Shown here in pieces: positions 51,402 through 60,929 of a stretch of DNA of 64,000 nt. The notes beneath the pieces are model-generated. The model saw only the letters and a program-made list of their open reading frames with translations, was not told where the DNA came from and ran no database searches. The stretch spans positions 192,001 through 256,000 of the forward strand of contig CBDBLV010000005.1 of assembly GCA_965207225.1 (NCBI GenBank), given 5' to 3'. This stretch comes from Dehalococcoidia bacterium. Its GTDB lineage: Bacteria; Chloroflexota; Dehalococcoidia; Plut-88900. A program made the position numbers and the translations under genes. Position 1 is the first letter of the stretch, and every line of letters begins with the position of its first letter.

Positions 51402-51602
51402 GGGTTATTTGGAGGGAATTTTGGGGGATTTGAGGGGTCGGGGCCGGGGTCGGGGGAGATTATAGAATGCGGGTGCTAGGAAGTCAAATGTTCTGGGAGG
51501 GGGATTGGGGGGGTGGGGAAGATGTCATATTTGGGGAATAGGGTATGTGCTAAGGTAGAAGAGTTAGCAAGGATACCGTGAGCGCCGAGGAGGTGATTTG
51601 TA

Positions 51603-53016
51603 ATGCCAGGCGCGAGGTTCTCCACTCCCTCCAGAGATAGAGGTTCCAAAAGATCTTACCCCTGGACACTGTTGCGGTTGGCCCTGGTGTGCGGGCTGCT
51701 TGGTCTGGCGGCGGCATTGGTCGGGGCCTGCTCCAACGAGCCCGGGCCTGCGTCCACGGCAGTAGCAGAGCCGACGGCTAATCCGACGCCGGTGCCCACG
51801 GCAATGCCAACTCCCGTGCCGACGCCGGTGCCCACGGCAATGCCAACTCCCGTGCCGACACCGGTGCCCACGGCAATGCCAACTTCCGTGCCGACACCGG
51901 CGCCCACGGCAATGCCAACTTCCGTGCCGACACCGGCGCCCACGCCTCTGCCAGCCTCCACCCCGACTCCAGCTCCAACTGCCACCCCCACACCTACCTC
52001 GACGCCTATCCCCACTGCAACGCCAGTGCCCGAACCCACCCTTGATGAGCTACAGCAATACATGCTCAGCCTCATCAACGAAGCCAGAGTTGACAGGGGT
52101 CTGAGGCCGCTGGGCATGGGTTCCAATGGGGCGGCACAAGCCCATGCCGATGACATGATCAACAATTGCTACTCTAGTCATTGGAACCTGCAGGGGCTAA
52201 CTCCGGGTACCCGTTACGCCTTCGCCGACGGTTTTCAGTGGAATCAGGAGATCGTCACTGGAACTGATTACTGCACTCAAGGTGGTGTGCGGAACGCCAC
52301 TTTGCCCGAGCGGGTAAGGAGGGTATTGAAAAGCTGGGAAGGCAGCCCTGGCCATTGGAGTATTGCCATGAATCCAAAGTTCAGCTACACCAACATCGGG
52401 CTCGCTTGGGATACGGGCAACTTCTTTGCCGCCGTGCAATTTGAAGGCGACTTCATTCGATTCAACGGCATACCTACACTTGAAGGGGGTATGTTGAAGG
52501 TAGAGGGCTCTCTGGTTAACGGGGCGGAGATGTACGGGAAGAAAGACCTCCACGTTTACCTCGAATATCGACCCGCCCCCACGAACCTAACACGGGGGCA
52601 GTTGTCGAGAGTGTACGGAATGGCCCTGCCCCTTTCGCGCTGTGAAGGTACGCACCCCACCGGCTCCCGGCAACAGCTACGCCTCCGACACTTACGCCCG
52701 GACACGGACGTATCCTCTGACTCCGCACGAGGTTGACCCGGAGGCCCATGCGCCGCGCTCGCATGGCGAAAGCAGTGCCTTTTGGGAGGAAGCAAAGATC
52801 AGGCCCGAAGTGGAGATAACGAACACCGTCCACTATGCCACCGCCGATGTGTGGGATACGAACTTGGAGACGGGGAAGTTCTTGGTGATTGCCGATGTTT
52901 CAGCCGGTCTCAGGGCCTACGGACCGGGCATCTACGAGCTGGTCATCTTTGCGCTCGTTGATGGAGAGCAGCAAATAGTGTCCGAGTATGCCTTTATTGA
53001 TGATGGGGTTTGGTAA
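51603..53016 (+). pseudogene. CAP (SCP) domain lipoprotein with Pro/Thr repeats, frameshifted near 52630
   Basis: Lipobox VGAC; [20 protein letters not shown] motifs; C-terminus continues in another frame (ORF 52642-53016). Confidence 0.75.
51783..51944 (+). repeat. 36-bp coding tandem repeat ([12 protein letters not shown]), about 4.5 units
   Basis: ccgacgccggtgcccacggcaatgccaactcccgtg units. Confidence 0.85.
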
Positions 53017-53345
53017 TGAGACTAAAGCATTTATAGGGTTCAGCCTGCATTCTCTATCTCCTGATCCTGGTGTCGGCCCTCCTCGGATACATAGGCTGGT
53101 GGCTGATAGGGGTGGCCATCCTAGCCCTTGCAACGTTAGGAATCTGGCGGACGGCGAGTCGAAAAAAAGAGGTTCCTAGAATGTGCCTGCTAGGCAACTT
53201 GTTGCGATTGATGGAATCTGAGGGGCATGAGGATGTGATTGAGTGTCCGGTGGCAGTCGCCAATCTTCCGGACCGGTGTAGCCCGGTGGGGCTGTGCGAG
53301 ATTCACAGATGTACACGCGAGGACTGTTACTGTCGGACCCGCTAG
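53016..53345 (+). pseudogene. Membrane protein with Cys-rich C-terminus, in-frame TAG at codon 7
   Basis: ATG overlaps upstream TAA; MRLKHL*GSACILYLL... stays open to 53345. Confidence 0.5.
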
Positions 53346-53601
53346 CGCAGGATGGATTTCGGCTCGGGGCCGGAATGACGGAGGGGGTGGGGATGATAGA
53401 GGCGATGAGTTGTAGGAGCGTGGGCTACCCCCCCCGCTCATACCCCTCGAGGGACTCGGGGCATGCTTAAGAAGACCTCAGCATGAGCGGCCCATCCCCG
53501 AGGACGGGATCACCCTCACCCTAGCCCTCTCCTCTCAAGGGAGAGGGGGTGGGACCGGGGTCGTGCTAAGATTTGAGAAATACCCTCTCCAGGAGAAAAT
53601 C

Positions 53602-53994
53602 ATGGACCGAAATGAGAAGCTCCAGAGCCTGACACCCCAGCAGTACTATGTGACCCAGGAGAAGGGCACGGAGATGCCTTTCAGCGGAGAGCATTGGAAC
53701 AATAAGGAGTCGGGGGTGTACAGGTGCGTGGTGTGCGATGCGGAGCTGTTCGACTCTGGGACGAAGTTTGAGTCGGGGACGGGGTGGCCGAGCTTCTACG
53801 ATGCGATGGACAAGTCGAAGCTGGCGACGGAGACGGACTACAGCCACGGGATGGTGAGGACGGAGGTGATGTGCGGGGCGTGCGAGGCGCACCTGGGTCA
53901 TATATTCCCGGACGGGCCTCGGCCCACGGGGTTGAGGTACTGTTTGAACTCGGCTTCGTTGAGGTTTGAGGGGAGGGGGGAGGGCGTGGGGTGA
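53602..53994 (+). CDS. msrB: Peptide-methionine (R)-S-oxide reductase
   Basis: [32 protein letters not shown]. Confidence 0.96.
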   Translation: MDRNEKLQSLTPQQYYVTQEKGTEMPFSGEHWNNKESGVYRCVVCDAELFDSGTKFESGTGWPSFYDAMDKSKLATETDYSHGMVRTEVMCGACEAHLGHIFPDGPRPTGLRYCLNSASLRFEGRGEGVG

Positions 53995-54170
53995 CTACCA
54001 CAGGGGAGTTGAGGGCGGAGATTGAGAGGACCCGCGTGGAATTAAGGGCAGATATTGCCGACTTGCAGGCCGAAATGGTAAGGCTTCACGTGAGGAATAT
54101 CAGGCTGATGGCGGTTTGCACGGCAGTATGGGTGGGCAGCTTTGCGGTCATATACAAGTTTCTCGGGTGA
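53991..54170 (+). CDS. Small coiled-coil + TM protein, paralog of 54235-54492 (not in ORF track)
   Basis: [32 protein letters not shown]...YKFLG; GTG overlaps msrB stop. Confidence 0.6.
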   Translation: MTTTGELRAEIERTRVELRADIADLQAEMVRLHVRNIRLMAVCTAVWVGSFAVIYKFLG

Positions 54171-54234
54171 CTGGTGGCTTTATTGATTCATTGCTAGAAG
54201 GGACACCCTAGTGCTATAATGGCCGCATGGGTGT

Positions 54235-54492
54235 ATGGCTGTGACCACAGTGGAAGAGCGGCTAAGTCGTCTGGAAGGTGTGTATGAGCACCTCGCATCC
54301 AAGGCTGACGTTGCCCGGGTGGAGACGCAGGTTGCCAATCTTCGGACGGAGTTAAAGGGAGATATAGCCGCGCTTCGTGGGGAGATGCTGCGGTTGAATG
54401 CGGGCTTAATAAAGTGGGGAGTCGGGCTTATGGCGGGGTTCCTGGTGATCGGACTAGGAGCAGTCACGGCTATTTTCAGGTTACTGGGTTAA
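54235..54492 (+). CDS. DUF1640/CCDC90-like coiled-coil + TM protein
   Basis: RLEGVYEHLASKADV...IKW..G pattern. Confidence 0.7.
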   Translation: MAVTTVEERLSRLEGVYEHLASKADVARVETQVANLRTELKGDIAALRGEMLRLNAGLIKWGVGLMAGFLVIGLGAVTAIFRLLG

Positions 54493-54520
54493 CCAGTTAT
54501 TTCCATTGGTGAGAAGAGGA

Positions 54521-54555
54521 GGGCGGTTGGCTCAGCCAATCGCCCGACCTTTTTG
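54521..54555 (+). terminator. Intrinsic terminator
   Basis: gggcggttggct / agccaatcgccc stem followed by T-tract. Confidence 0.55.
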
Positions 54556-54625
54556 CTTAGACAACCACATTGCAGAGCCTTATCCTTACTTTGACAAAAA
54601 GATTCTCTAGAAAGAACGATAGGGC

Positions 54626-54967
54626 ATGGACTGCATCTTTTGTAAGATTGTGGCGGGGGAGATACCTGCGGAGGTGCTGCACCGGGACGAGCAGGTCATC
54701 GTGATACGGGACATCAATCCCCAGGCCCCGACGCATCTGCTTGTTCTTCCCACCACTCACATCGCCTCCGTTCGGGAAATCGGCAGTGAAAACGCTTCCT
54801 TGTTCGGTCACATGACGGTGGTGGCGAATGATATGGCGCGCAGAGAAAGGGTGTTTGAGAAGGGGTACCGGCTGGTCGTGAACTGCGGAGACGAGGGCGG
54901 GCAGACGGTCGGGCATCTTCACATGCACGTTCTCGGGGGGCGGCAGCTGTCGGGGCAGCTGGGGTAG
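54626..54967 (+). CDS. hinT: Histidine triad nucleotide-binding protein
   Basis: DCIFCKI, DINPQAPTH, GGQTV.HLHMHVLGGR. Confidence 0.93.
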   Translation: MDCIFCKIVAGEIPAEVLHRDEQVIVIRDINPQAPTHLLVLPTTHIASVREIGSENASLFGHMTVVANDMARRERVFEKGYRLVVNCGDEGGQTVGHLHMHVLGGRQLSGQLG

Positions 54968-54984
54968 GACGGTTCTGGTGATCG

Positions 54985-55656
54985 TTGTATAAACCGGATA
55001 TGCGTCCTGGTGGTTTTCACCCTCACTCCCTCGAGGGACTCGGGACAGGCTCTAGCCCTCTCCCATCAAGGGAGAGGGGACTGGAAAATGTCTCCGACTC
55101 CACTATTGAGGAGATCAGGCGCGATGTCGGGCGGTTGTCCAGGGGACTTTGCGAGCACATTCTGAGGGTTGAGGAGATAGCGGTCGGGCTGGCGGAGAAG
55201 CATGGTGTCGATGTTGGGAAGGCGAGGGTCGGGGCGCTGCTTCACGATCTGGCCCGGGCCAAGCGCCCCGAGGAGCTGCTGGCATTGGCCAAGGGGTTCG
55301 GGATTGGGGTCGGGCCTCTGGAGGAGCGGATGCCGATATTTCTGCACGGGCCGGTGGCGGCGTGCCTGGCCCGCGAACGGTACGGGGTCGAGGACGCGGA
55401 GATACTGGAGGCGGTGAGGGTACACACCACGGGTCGGGCGGGGATGGGACTCGTGGCCCGGGTGGTGTTCCTGGCGGACAAGCTGGACCCGACGAAGGAC
55501 CTTCGGTACCCGTTCAACTCGGGGATCAGGGAGGTTGCCAGGAGCGACCTTGATCAGGCGATACGGCTGTTCCTGGACGGGGATATATCGGGGCACGTGG
55601 GGAGGGGCGGGGTGGTGCACCCGGGGTCGGTGGGGTTGAGGAACGAGTTGGTGTAG
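54985..55656 (+). CDS. yqeK: YqeK-like HD-domain Ap4A hydrolase (start uncertain)
   Basis: EH.LRV, LLHDLAR, LHGPVAA, HTTG, FLADKLDP. Confidence 0.85.
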   Translation: MYKPDMRPGGFHPHSLEGLGTGSSPLPSRERGLENVSDSTIEEIRRDVGRLSRGLCEHILRVEEIAVGLAEKHGVDVGKARVGALLHDLARAKRPEELLALAKGFGIGVGPLEERMPIFLHGPVAACLARERYGVEDAEILEAVRVHTTGRAGMGLVARVVFLADKLDPTKDLRYPFNSGIREVARSDLDQAIRLFLDGDISGHVGRGGVVHPGSVGLRNELV

Positions 55657-55816
55657 CTCGTCTCTCGACGCTGGGGAGGGAGAGGAACCTTCTTTGCCTT
55701 CTGGGCGTACATGGTTCATCGCAAGTCGTGGTGAGACTTTGCCACCCCTAAATCGGGTTGACAGGGGTAACCATAAAGTGGGTATGGTCAAAGGGGAAGA
55801 CTCGATAAAGTATGCA

Positions 55817-56329
55817 ATGAGAATTGGACTGGGAATAGTCTGTATTGTCTTGGCGGCAACTCTCGCCTTTGCCTGCGAAGAGTCGTCACAGTGTCTTCCA
55901 TCGGAGGAGCAGGCTTACGTCGATGATCTCATGAGACTACGGGACAAGATCGTCGCTTTGGATCAGGCCCAAACGGATCATGTCGGAATGGTCACAATTG
56001 GCTTTGTGATAACCCAAGAGTGGCTAGACGAGGGAAGGGAATTTGCAGAAGAACTTCGAGACACAGGAGGCAGGTTGCGGGACAGGGCGGATACTCCGAT
56101 TCTGTCAACCCGAGAGAGACAAAGGTTCTTCGACCAGGCTCGCAAGCTACTGACTAGGGCTGGTGACCATATAGAGCACGGGATGGGTGAGGTCGCTAGG
56201 GCGCATGGCATGAAGGCAGATGAATTGGAGGGCGTGATGAGCGCGGGTTTTGACTCCTACTATGAAGGACTACGGCTCATGCGACTTCAGGACGATTTGT
56301 GGGAGGTTCTGCTCAAAGACTGTAATTAG
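55817..56329 (+). CDS. Hypothetical lipoprotein
   Basis: Signal peptide with lipobox LAFAC; helical body. Confidence 0.65.
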   Translation: MRIGLGIVCIVLAATLAFACEESSQCLPSEEQAYVDDLMRLRDKIVALDQAQTDHVGMVTIGFVITQEWLDEGREFAEELRDTGGRLRDRADTPILSTRERQRFFDQARKLLTRAGDHIEHGMGEVARAHGMKADELEGVMSAGFDSYYEGLRLMRLQDDLWEVLLKDCN

Positions 56330-56532
56330 CATGGGTGGAACCGTATATAATTCCCCTGGTTTGTTACCGAGGGGAAGGGACACCCCACCCATTCCGCTCT
56401 TGGACCCTTCGATTCGGCTCGGGGGCCGGAATGACGGAGGGGGTAGGGGATTATGCTACCGCTGTATACGGGTGAGATTGGGGGAATCAGGGGCAGATTG
56501 ACGGGTGTCGGAAGTGGGGATAAGGTGGGCCG

Positions 56533-57966
56533 ATGAAATTTGTGTCAGCGGCGGCGCTAGCCCTGATGGTTGCACTTGTGGGGTGTTCGGGCGGCGTAGA
56601 GGCCCCGACCCCTACGCAGGACTTAGAAGCCACCGTAGCTCAAGCCTTGCCGACTTCCGTTCCAACGGCGACGCCAGACGTCGATGCCACCATAGAAGCC
56701 GGGGTGACCGCGACTAGGACGGCTACTCCACCCACGCCTATCCCTGCGCCTACGCCTATTCCCGCGCCCGCGCCTACACCTACGCCCGTACCTCCCACCC
56801 CCACGCCTAGGCCGACTGAAACTCCCGTCCCTCCAACCCCCGACGCACCAGTCATAAGGTCGATATCGGAGTGGACGGCGGAGAGTCCCGCCACCTTCGA
56901 GGAGATCGAGGCGGAACTGGAGAAATATCGCGGTGAGACGCTCAATGTGACTTCCTGGGGCGGCGCATATCAGCCAGCTCAACGTGTGGCTTATTTCCGG
57001 CCGTTGCAGCAGAAGTTTGGGATCCAGATCATCGAAGACTACCCCGTGAATTTCTCCAGGCTGCGTTCCATGGTGGAATCCGGAAACGTGACCTGGGACG
57101 TGTTGGACTCGTCCACCCGGGACCTCTATCCGCTTGGTACAGAGGGCTTCCTTGAGGAGCTGACCCCGGCCATCCACAACCGCTATCTCCGCCACTTCCC
57201 GCAGGTGGCACAGACACCCTGGGGCGGCGGTGGCGGAGTGCTGTGGGCGACGGGGCTAGCCTACCGGCTTGACGGGGTAGAGACTTTGTGGGGGGGCAAG
57301 CGGCCGTCCGACTGGAAGGCATTCTGGGACACGGAGAACTATCCGGGCAGAAGGTGGTTGGGCGGAAGAGTGAGCGAGAACATCTTCTTTGCCCAGTTCG
57401 CCCTCAACCCCCAGGTTCTCGAAAGTGCCGAAGGCCGCGACAGTATAGCGAAGCTAACCCCTGAACAGGTGGACCAGTCCTTCGAGAAGCTGGCAGAGAT
57501 CGAGCCTCATATAGACTACTGGTGGTGGGGATCGCGTGACTGCATGTTCGGGCTTATGACCGACGACGTGGATATGTGTACGTCCTGGAATGCAGACACC
57601 TGGTATCTTCGGACGGAGCCGGAGGCCGAGGGTGTCCACTACTGCTACGAATGTGGACACGTTATTCAGGACAACCTGTTCTACATCCCGAAGGGGTCTC
57701 CGAACAGGAAGCTGGCCGAGCTATTCATCTCCTGGACGGCAGAACCCCACATCAACGTGAAAATATCCAACTACGTGCCATACGGCCCGCTGAACCGGCA
57801 AGCGCTGCCATTGGCAACTCCCGACCGCGTAAACCCGGAAGTCATACCCTACCTCCCCACCTCCCCGGCGGCACTTGAAAGGGCCGTGACGGTCGATGGG
57901 AAGTGGCTGGGCCCCAACCTGGATGCTCTGGCGGAGAGGATGGCGGCATTCCTGGCAGGCCATTGA
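56533..57966 (+). CDS. PotD-like ABC substrate-binding lipoprotein with Pro/Thr linker
   Basis: LVGC lipobox; TSWGGAYQ.AQ, VESGNVTWDV, W..FWD...PGRR, IPKGSPN. Confidence 0.85.
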   Translation: MKFVSAAALALMVALVGCSGGVEAPTPTQDLEATVAQALPTSVPTATPDVDATIEAGVTATRTATPPTPIPAPTPIPAPAPTPTPVPPTPTPRPTETPVPPTPDAPVIRSISEWTAESPATFEEIEAELEKYRGETLNVTSWGGAYQPAQRVAYFRPLQQKFGIQIIEDYPVNFSRLRSMVESGNVTWDVLDSSTRDLYPLGTEGFLEELTPAIHNRYLRHFPQVAQTPWGGGGGVLWATGLAYRLDGVETLWGGKRPSDWKAFWDTENYPGRRWLGGRVSENIFFAQFALNPQVLESAEGRDSIAKLTPEQVDQSFEKLAEIEPHIDYWWWGSRDCMFGLMTDDVDMCTSWNADTWYLRTEPEAEGVHYCYECGHVIQDNLFYIPKGSPNRKLAELFISWTAEPHINVKISNYVPYGPLNRQALPLATPDRVNPEVIPYLPTSPAALERAVTVDGKWLGPNLDALAERMAAFLAGH

Positions 57967-58024
57967 TACAGTCGATGGGCAACCCCATGGCTTAAGAGCA
58001 GAGGGGAAGGGATAAGGTGAGCGG

Positions 58025-58966
58025 ATGAAACTCGTGGCTGTGGCTGCGCTAGTCCTTATGGCTGCACTTGCAGGGTGCTCCAGCAGCGTAGAGGTCCAAA
58101 CTCCTACGCGGGAAACAGAAGCTGCGGTCCAGACCCCCGTGGCGCAATTACCTCCCACCCCCAACCCCGTAGAGACACCAGGCATAAGCGCCACCGTAGA
58201 AGCAGGCATAGCAGCGACGATGCTCGCCATTCCGACTATACCTACACCCGAACCCGTGCCAACGCCCACACCTATTCTCTCGCCTACGCCTGTCCCAACT
58301 CTTAACCCTTCTCAGACACCAATGCCGACTCCCACTCCAGTCCCAACACCCACACCAGCGCCTACAGCCACCCCCAGACCGACCGCCACACCTATGCCGA
58401 CCTCAACACCACAGCCGCCATTGCCGCCAGCCCCTGTTGATCGCGGCTGGAACACTCTTGGGTCAGCTGAGGCGCCGATAACACTGGTGAAGTTCGGGGA
58501 TTTCCAATGTCCAGCCTGTCGGAGTTGGGCACGCGGACCGGGCCTGGAGCTCCGAGAGAGCTACATCGAGCGAGGTCAGGTCAGATTTATCTACCGCCAC
58601 TACATAATCTATGGCGATTACTCCGATTTGCAGGCCATGGGGACCGAATGCGCGGGTGAGCAGGATGCGTTCTGGCGGTTTTACGATCGCCTCTACCGTC
58701 TAGGGCCGGTAAACCGACAAAGGATGGCAACTCTGGCCGACAACATGGGGCTGGACGTGCCCCGCTTCACCGCCTGTCTCGACGAGCAGAGGTACCGGCA
58801 GGCCATAGAAGAAGATATCGAGTACGCACGTGCCTTGGATGTGTCAGCAGTGCCGACCATATTGATTGTGGGCGCGGGCGAGTATATCCAGGTCGGCGGT
58901 GGCTTCAGCATCTCAGACCTCGGGAAGAACTTCGACCGACTCCTGGCGCGTCTCGAAGACCAATGA
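58025..58966 (+). CDS. DsbA family thioredoxin-fold lipoprotein with Pro/Thr linker
   Basis: LAGC lipobox; LGSAEAPIT, DFQCPAC, AVPT cis-Pro. Confidence 0.88.
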   Translation: MKLVAVAALVLMAALAGCSSSVEVQTPTRETEAAVQTPVAQLPPTPNPVETPGISATVEAGIAATMLAIPTIPTPEPVPTPTPILSPTPVPTLNPSQTPMPTPTPVPTPTPAPTATPRPTATPMPTSTPQPPLPPAPVDRGWNTLGSAEAPITLVKFGDFQCPACRSWARGPGLELRESYIERGQVRFIYRHYIIYGDYSDLQAMGTECAGEQDAFWRFYDRLYRLGPVNRQRMATLADNMGLDVPRFTACLDEQRYRQAIEEDIEYARALDVSAVPTILIVGAGEYIQVGGGFSISDLGKNFDRLLARLEDQ

Positions 58967-59135
58967 GCCTATAGCTCTGCCACGCAGTGGAGGCCAGGAT
59001 GCCGGATACGATCAACGCCGTTCTGCTCATAGCGTGTGGGAGTTACGGTAAGGGATAGGGGTTTGTCGGAGTAAGAGACGGTGCCACCCGCACTGGGCAT
59101 GGATTCCCGGGTAGTCGGGGGATGTTAGAAATAGC

Positions 59136-59169
59136 AATCGGGCGGGTGGTTTAGGCCACCCGCCCGATT
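59136..59169. terminator. 14-bp hairpin between convergent genes, probable terminator
   Basis: aatcgggcgggtgg / ccacccgcccgatt. Confidence 0.6.
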
Positions 59170-59305
59170 TGGGTTCCTTAGAAAGGACTTTCACCCTCAC
59201 CCCCCGACCTCTCGGGGGCAGGCTCTTCGACTCTGCTCAGGGCGAGCGGGATGCCCCGCCCCGGGGATGGATTCCCGACTACTCGGGAATGACGGAAGGT
59301 AGGGG

Positions 59306-60439
59306 TTAGAGGCCTATGGCGTCGGCGACTTTTTCCTTGTGGTAGTCGGCGTCTCCGAAGAAGAGCTCGGCCTGCTTGGCCCTCCGGAAGAAGAGCTGCA
59401 TGTCGTGCTCCTTGGTGAAGCCGATGCCGCCGTGGACCTGGTGGCCGAGGGCGGCTACCCGACGGCACGCCTCGCTGACCCAAGCCTTCGCCATCGAGAC
59501 CTCACGGTCGCATTCCAGACCCTCGCTGAGGCGCCAGGCGGCCTGGTAGGTGATGAAGCGGGAGCCGTCGACGTCGGTGGCCATGTTGGCGCAGTGGTGC
59601 TGGATGGCCTGGAAGCTGCCGATGGGCCGGCCGAACTGCACCCTGTTCTTGGCGTACTCGACGGCGATTTCGAGGACCTGCTGGGAGTTGCCGACCATCT
59701 CGGCGCACTTGCCTACCGCTCCTCGACGCAGGGCCTGCTCGACAATGGGCCAGCCTTCGTCGATGTTGCCGAGGGCGTTGGTCCTCGGGACCCGGACGTT
59801 GTCCAAGACGACCTCGCACTGCTTGTCGGAGGCGATGGTCTTGAGGACCTCGTAGCTGATGCCGGCGCTCTTGGCGTCGACGATGAAGGCCGTGATGCCG
59901 TCGTTGGGGTCGTCGGACTCCTTGGTGCGGGCGGTGACGATGAGGTAGTCGGAGACATGGGCGTCGGGCACGAATAGCTTGACGCCGTTGAGGATGAAGT
60001 CGTCGCCGTCGGCAACGCCGGTGACCGAAACGCCGCCTGCGTCCCAGCGGCCGCTGGGCTCGGTGTGGGCGAGGGTCATGATGGCCTCGCCGTTGGAGAT
60101 CTTGGAGAGGTACTCCTGCTTCTGCTCGTCGGTGCCGGCGTCGTTAATGGCCATACCGGCCACGACCACGGTGTAGAAATAGGGGCCCGGGACCAGGGCC
60201 CGGCCGAACTCTTCGACGAGGACCATGAGGTCCAGGAACTCGAATCCTGCGCCGCCGTAGTTTTCCGGGAAGGGCAGGCCCATGAAGCCCTGCTCCACCA
60301 GCTTCTGCCAGAGCTCGGGCGAGTAGCCCTTTTCGTCTTCTTCCATGTCCCGCACCAGGGTCTTGGGACACTCGGCTTCGAGCATCTCCCGTGCGGTGCG
60401 TTTGAGCATTTCCTGTTCTTCGCTAAGGCCCAGGTCCAT
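59306..60439 (-). CDS. Acyl-CoA dehydrogenase family protein (beta-type subunit)
   Basis: R.QFGRPIGSFQAIQH, QVHGGIGFTKEH. Confidence 0.92.
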   Translation of the reverse strand: MDLGLSEEQEMLKRTAREMLEAECPKTLVRDMEEDEKGYSPELWQKLVEQGFMGLPFPENYGGAGFEFLDLMVLVEEFGRALVPGPYFYTVVVAGMAINDAGTDEQKQEYLSKISNGEAIMTLAHTEPSGRWDAGGVSVTGVADGDDFILNGVKLFVPDAHVSDYLIVTARTKESDDPNDGITAFIVDAKSAGISYEVLKTIASDKQCEVVLDNVRVPRTNALGNIDEGWPIVEQALRRGAVGKCAEMVGNSQQVLEIAVEYAKNRVQFGRPIGSFQAIQHHCANMATDVDGSRFITYQAAWRLSEGLECDREVSMAKAWVSEACRRVAALGHQVHGGIGFTKEHDMQLFFRRAKQAELFFGDADYHKEKVADAIGL

Positions 60440-60532
60440 CTTGCTTCCTCCTTGCCAGTTATGGACGTTTCGGTTTATGCGGACTTGTATTTTATCTTTG
60501 GATTCCTGTCTTTGCAGGAGTGTTGTCGCGTT

Positions 60533-60916
60533 TTATTTTTGGGCGAGGGTTTCTGCGTCCCGGATGAAGTCGGCGGTCTCGTGGATTAGGCGCTCGGTGC
60601 CGGGCATTGGACAATACTCGTGGTAGAAACATTGGCCATGAAGGCTCTCTTGCCTGTTGAAGTACCTAAGGCGAAGAGCATACACGGCGGGGTCGGTATC
60701 GGAGATGCTGATGAGGCTCCTGCTGGCATCAGGCGACTTACGAGGCTCCTGTCCGGTGCGAGCGAGGACGAGGGCCTCAATAGCGCGGAGGGTGGCGCAC
60801 CAGGCTTTTTCGGCGGCGTCCCGGATGTCGTCGTCGGCCATGCGAGCCAGCGCGGCGCCGTGCATGCGTCGGGCGTCGTCGAATATTGCAGAAGGGCTGG
60901 CTTCGGTGGTGGTCAT
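60533..60916 (-). CDS. PaREP1-like (HEPN-related) protein
   Basis: DAAEKAW.A...LHG.CFY motif. Confidence 0.65.
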   Translation of the reverse strand: MTTTEASPSAIFDDARRMHGAALARMADDDIRDAAEKAWCATLRAIEALVLARTGQEPRKSPDASRSLISISDTDPAVYALRLRYFNRQESLHGQCFYHEYCPMPGTERLIHETADFIRDAETLAQK

Positions 60917-60929
60917 GTCTTTTTTGTTT

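Noticed and set aside
53034-53036. Pyrrolysine read-through at TAG
   Set aside because: No pyl genes or methylamine methyltransferase context; a TGG to TAG nonsense change is simpler
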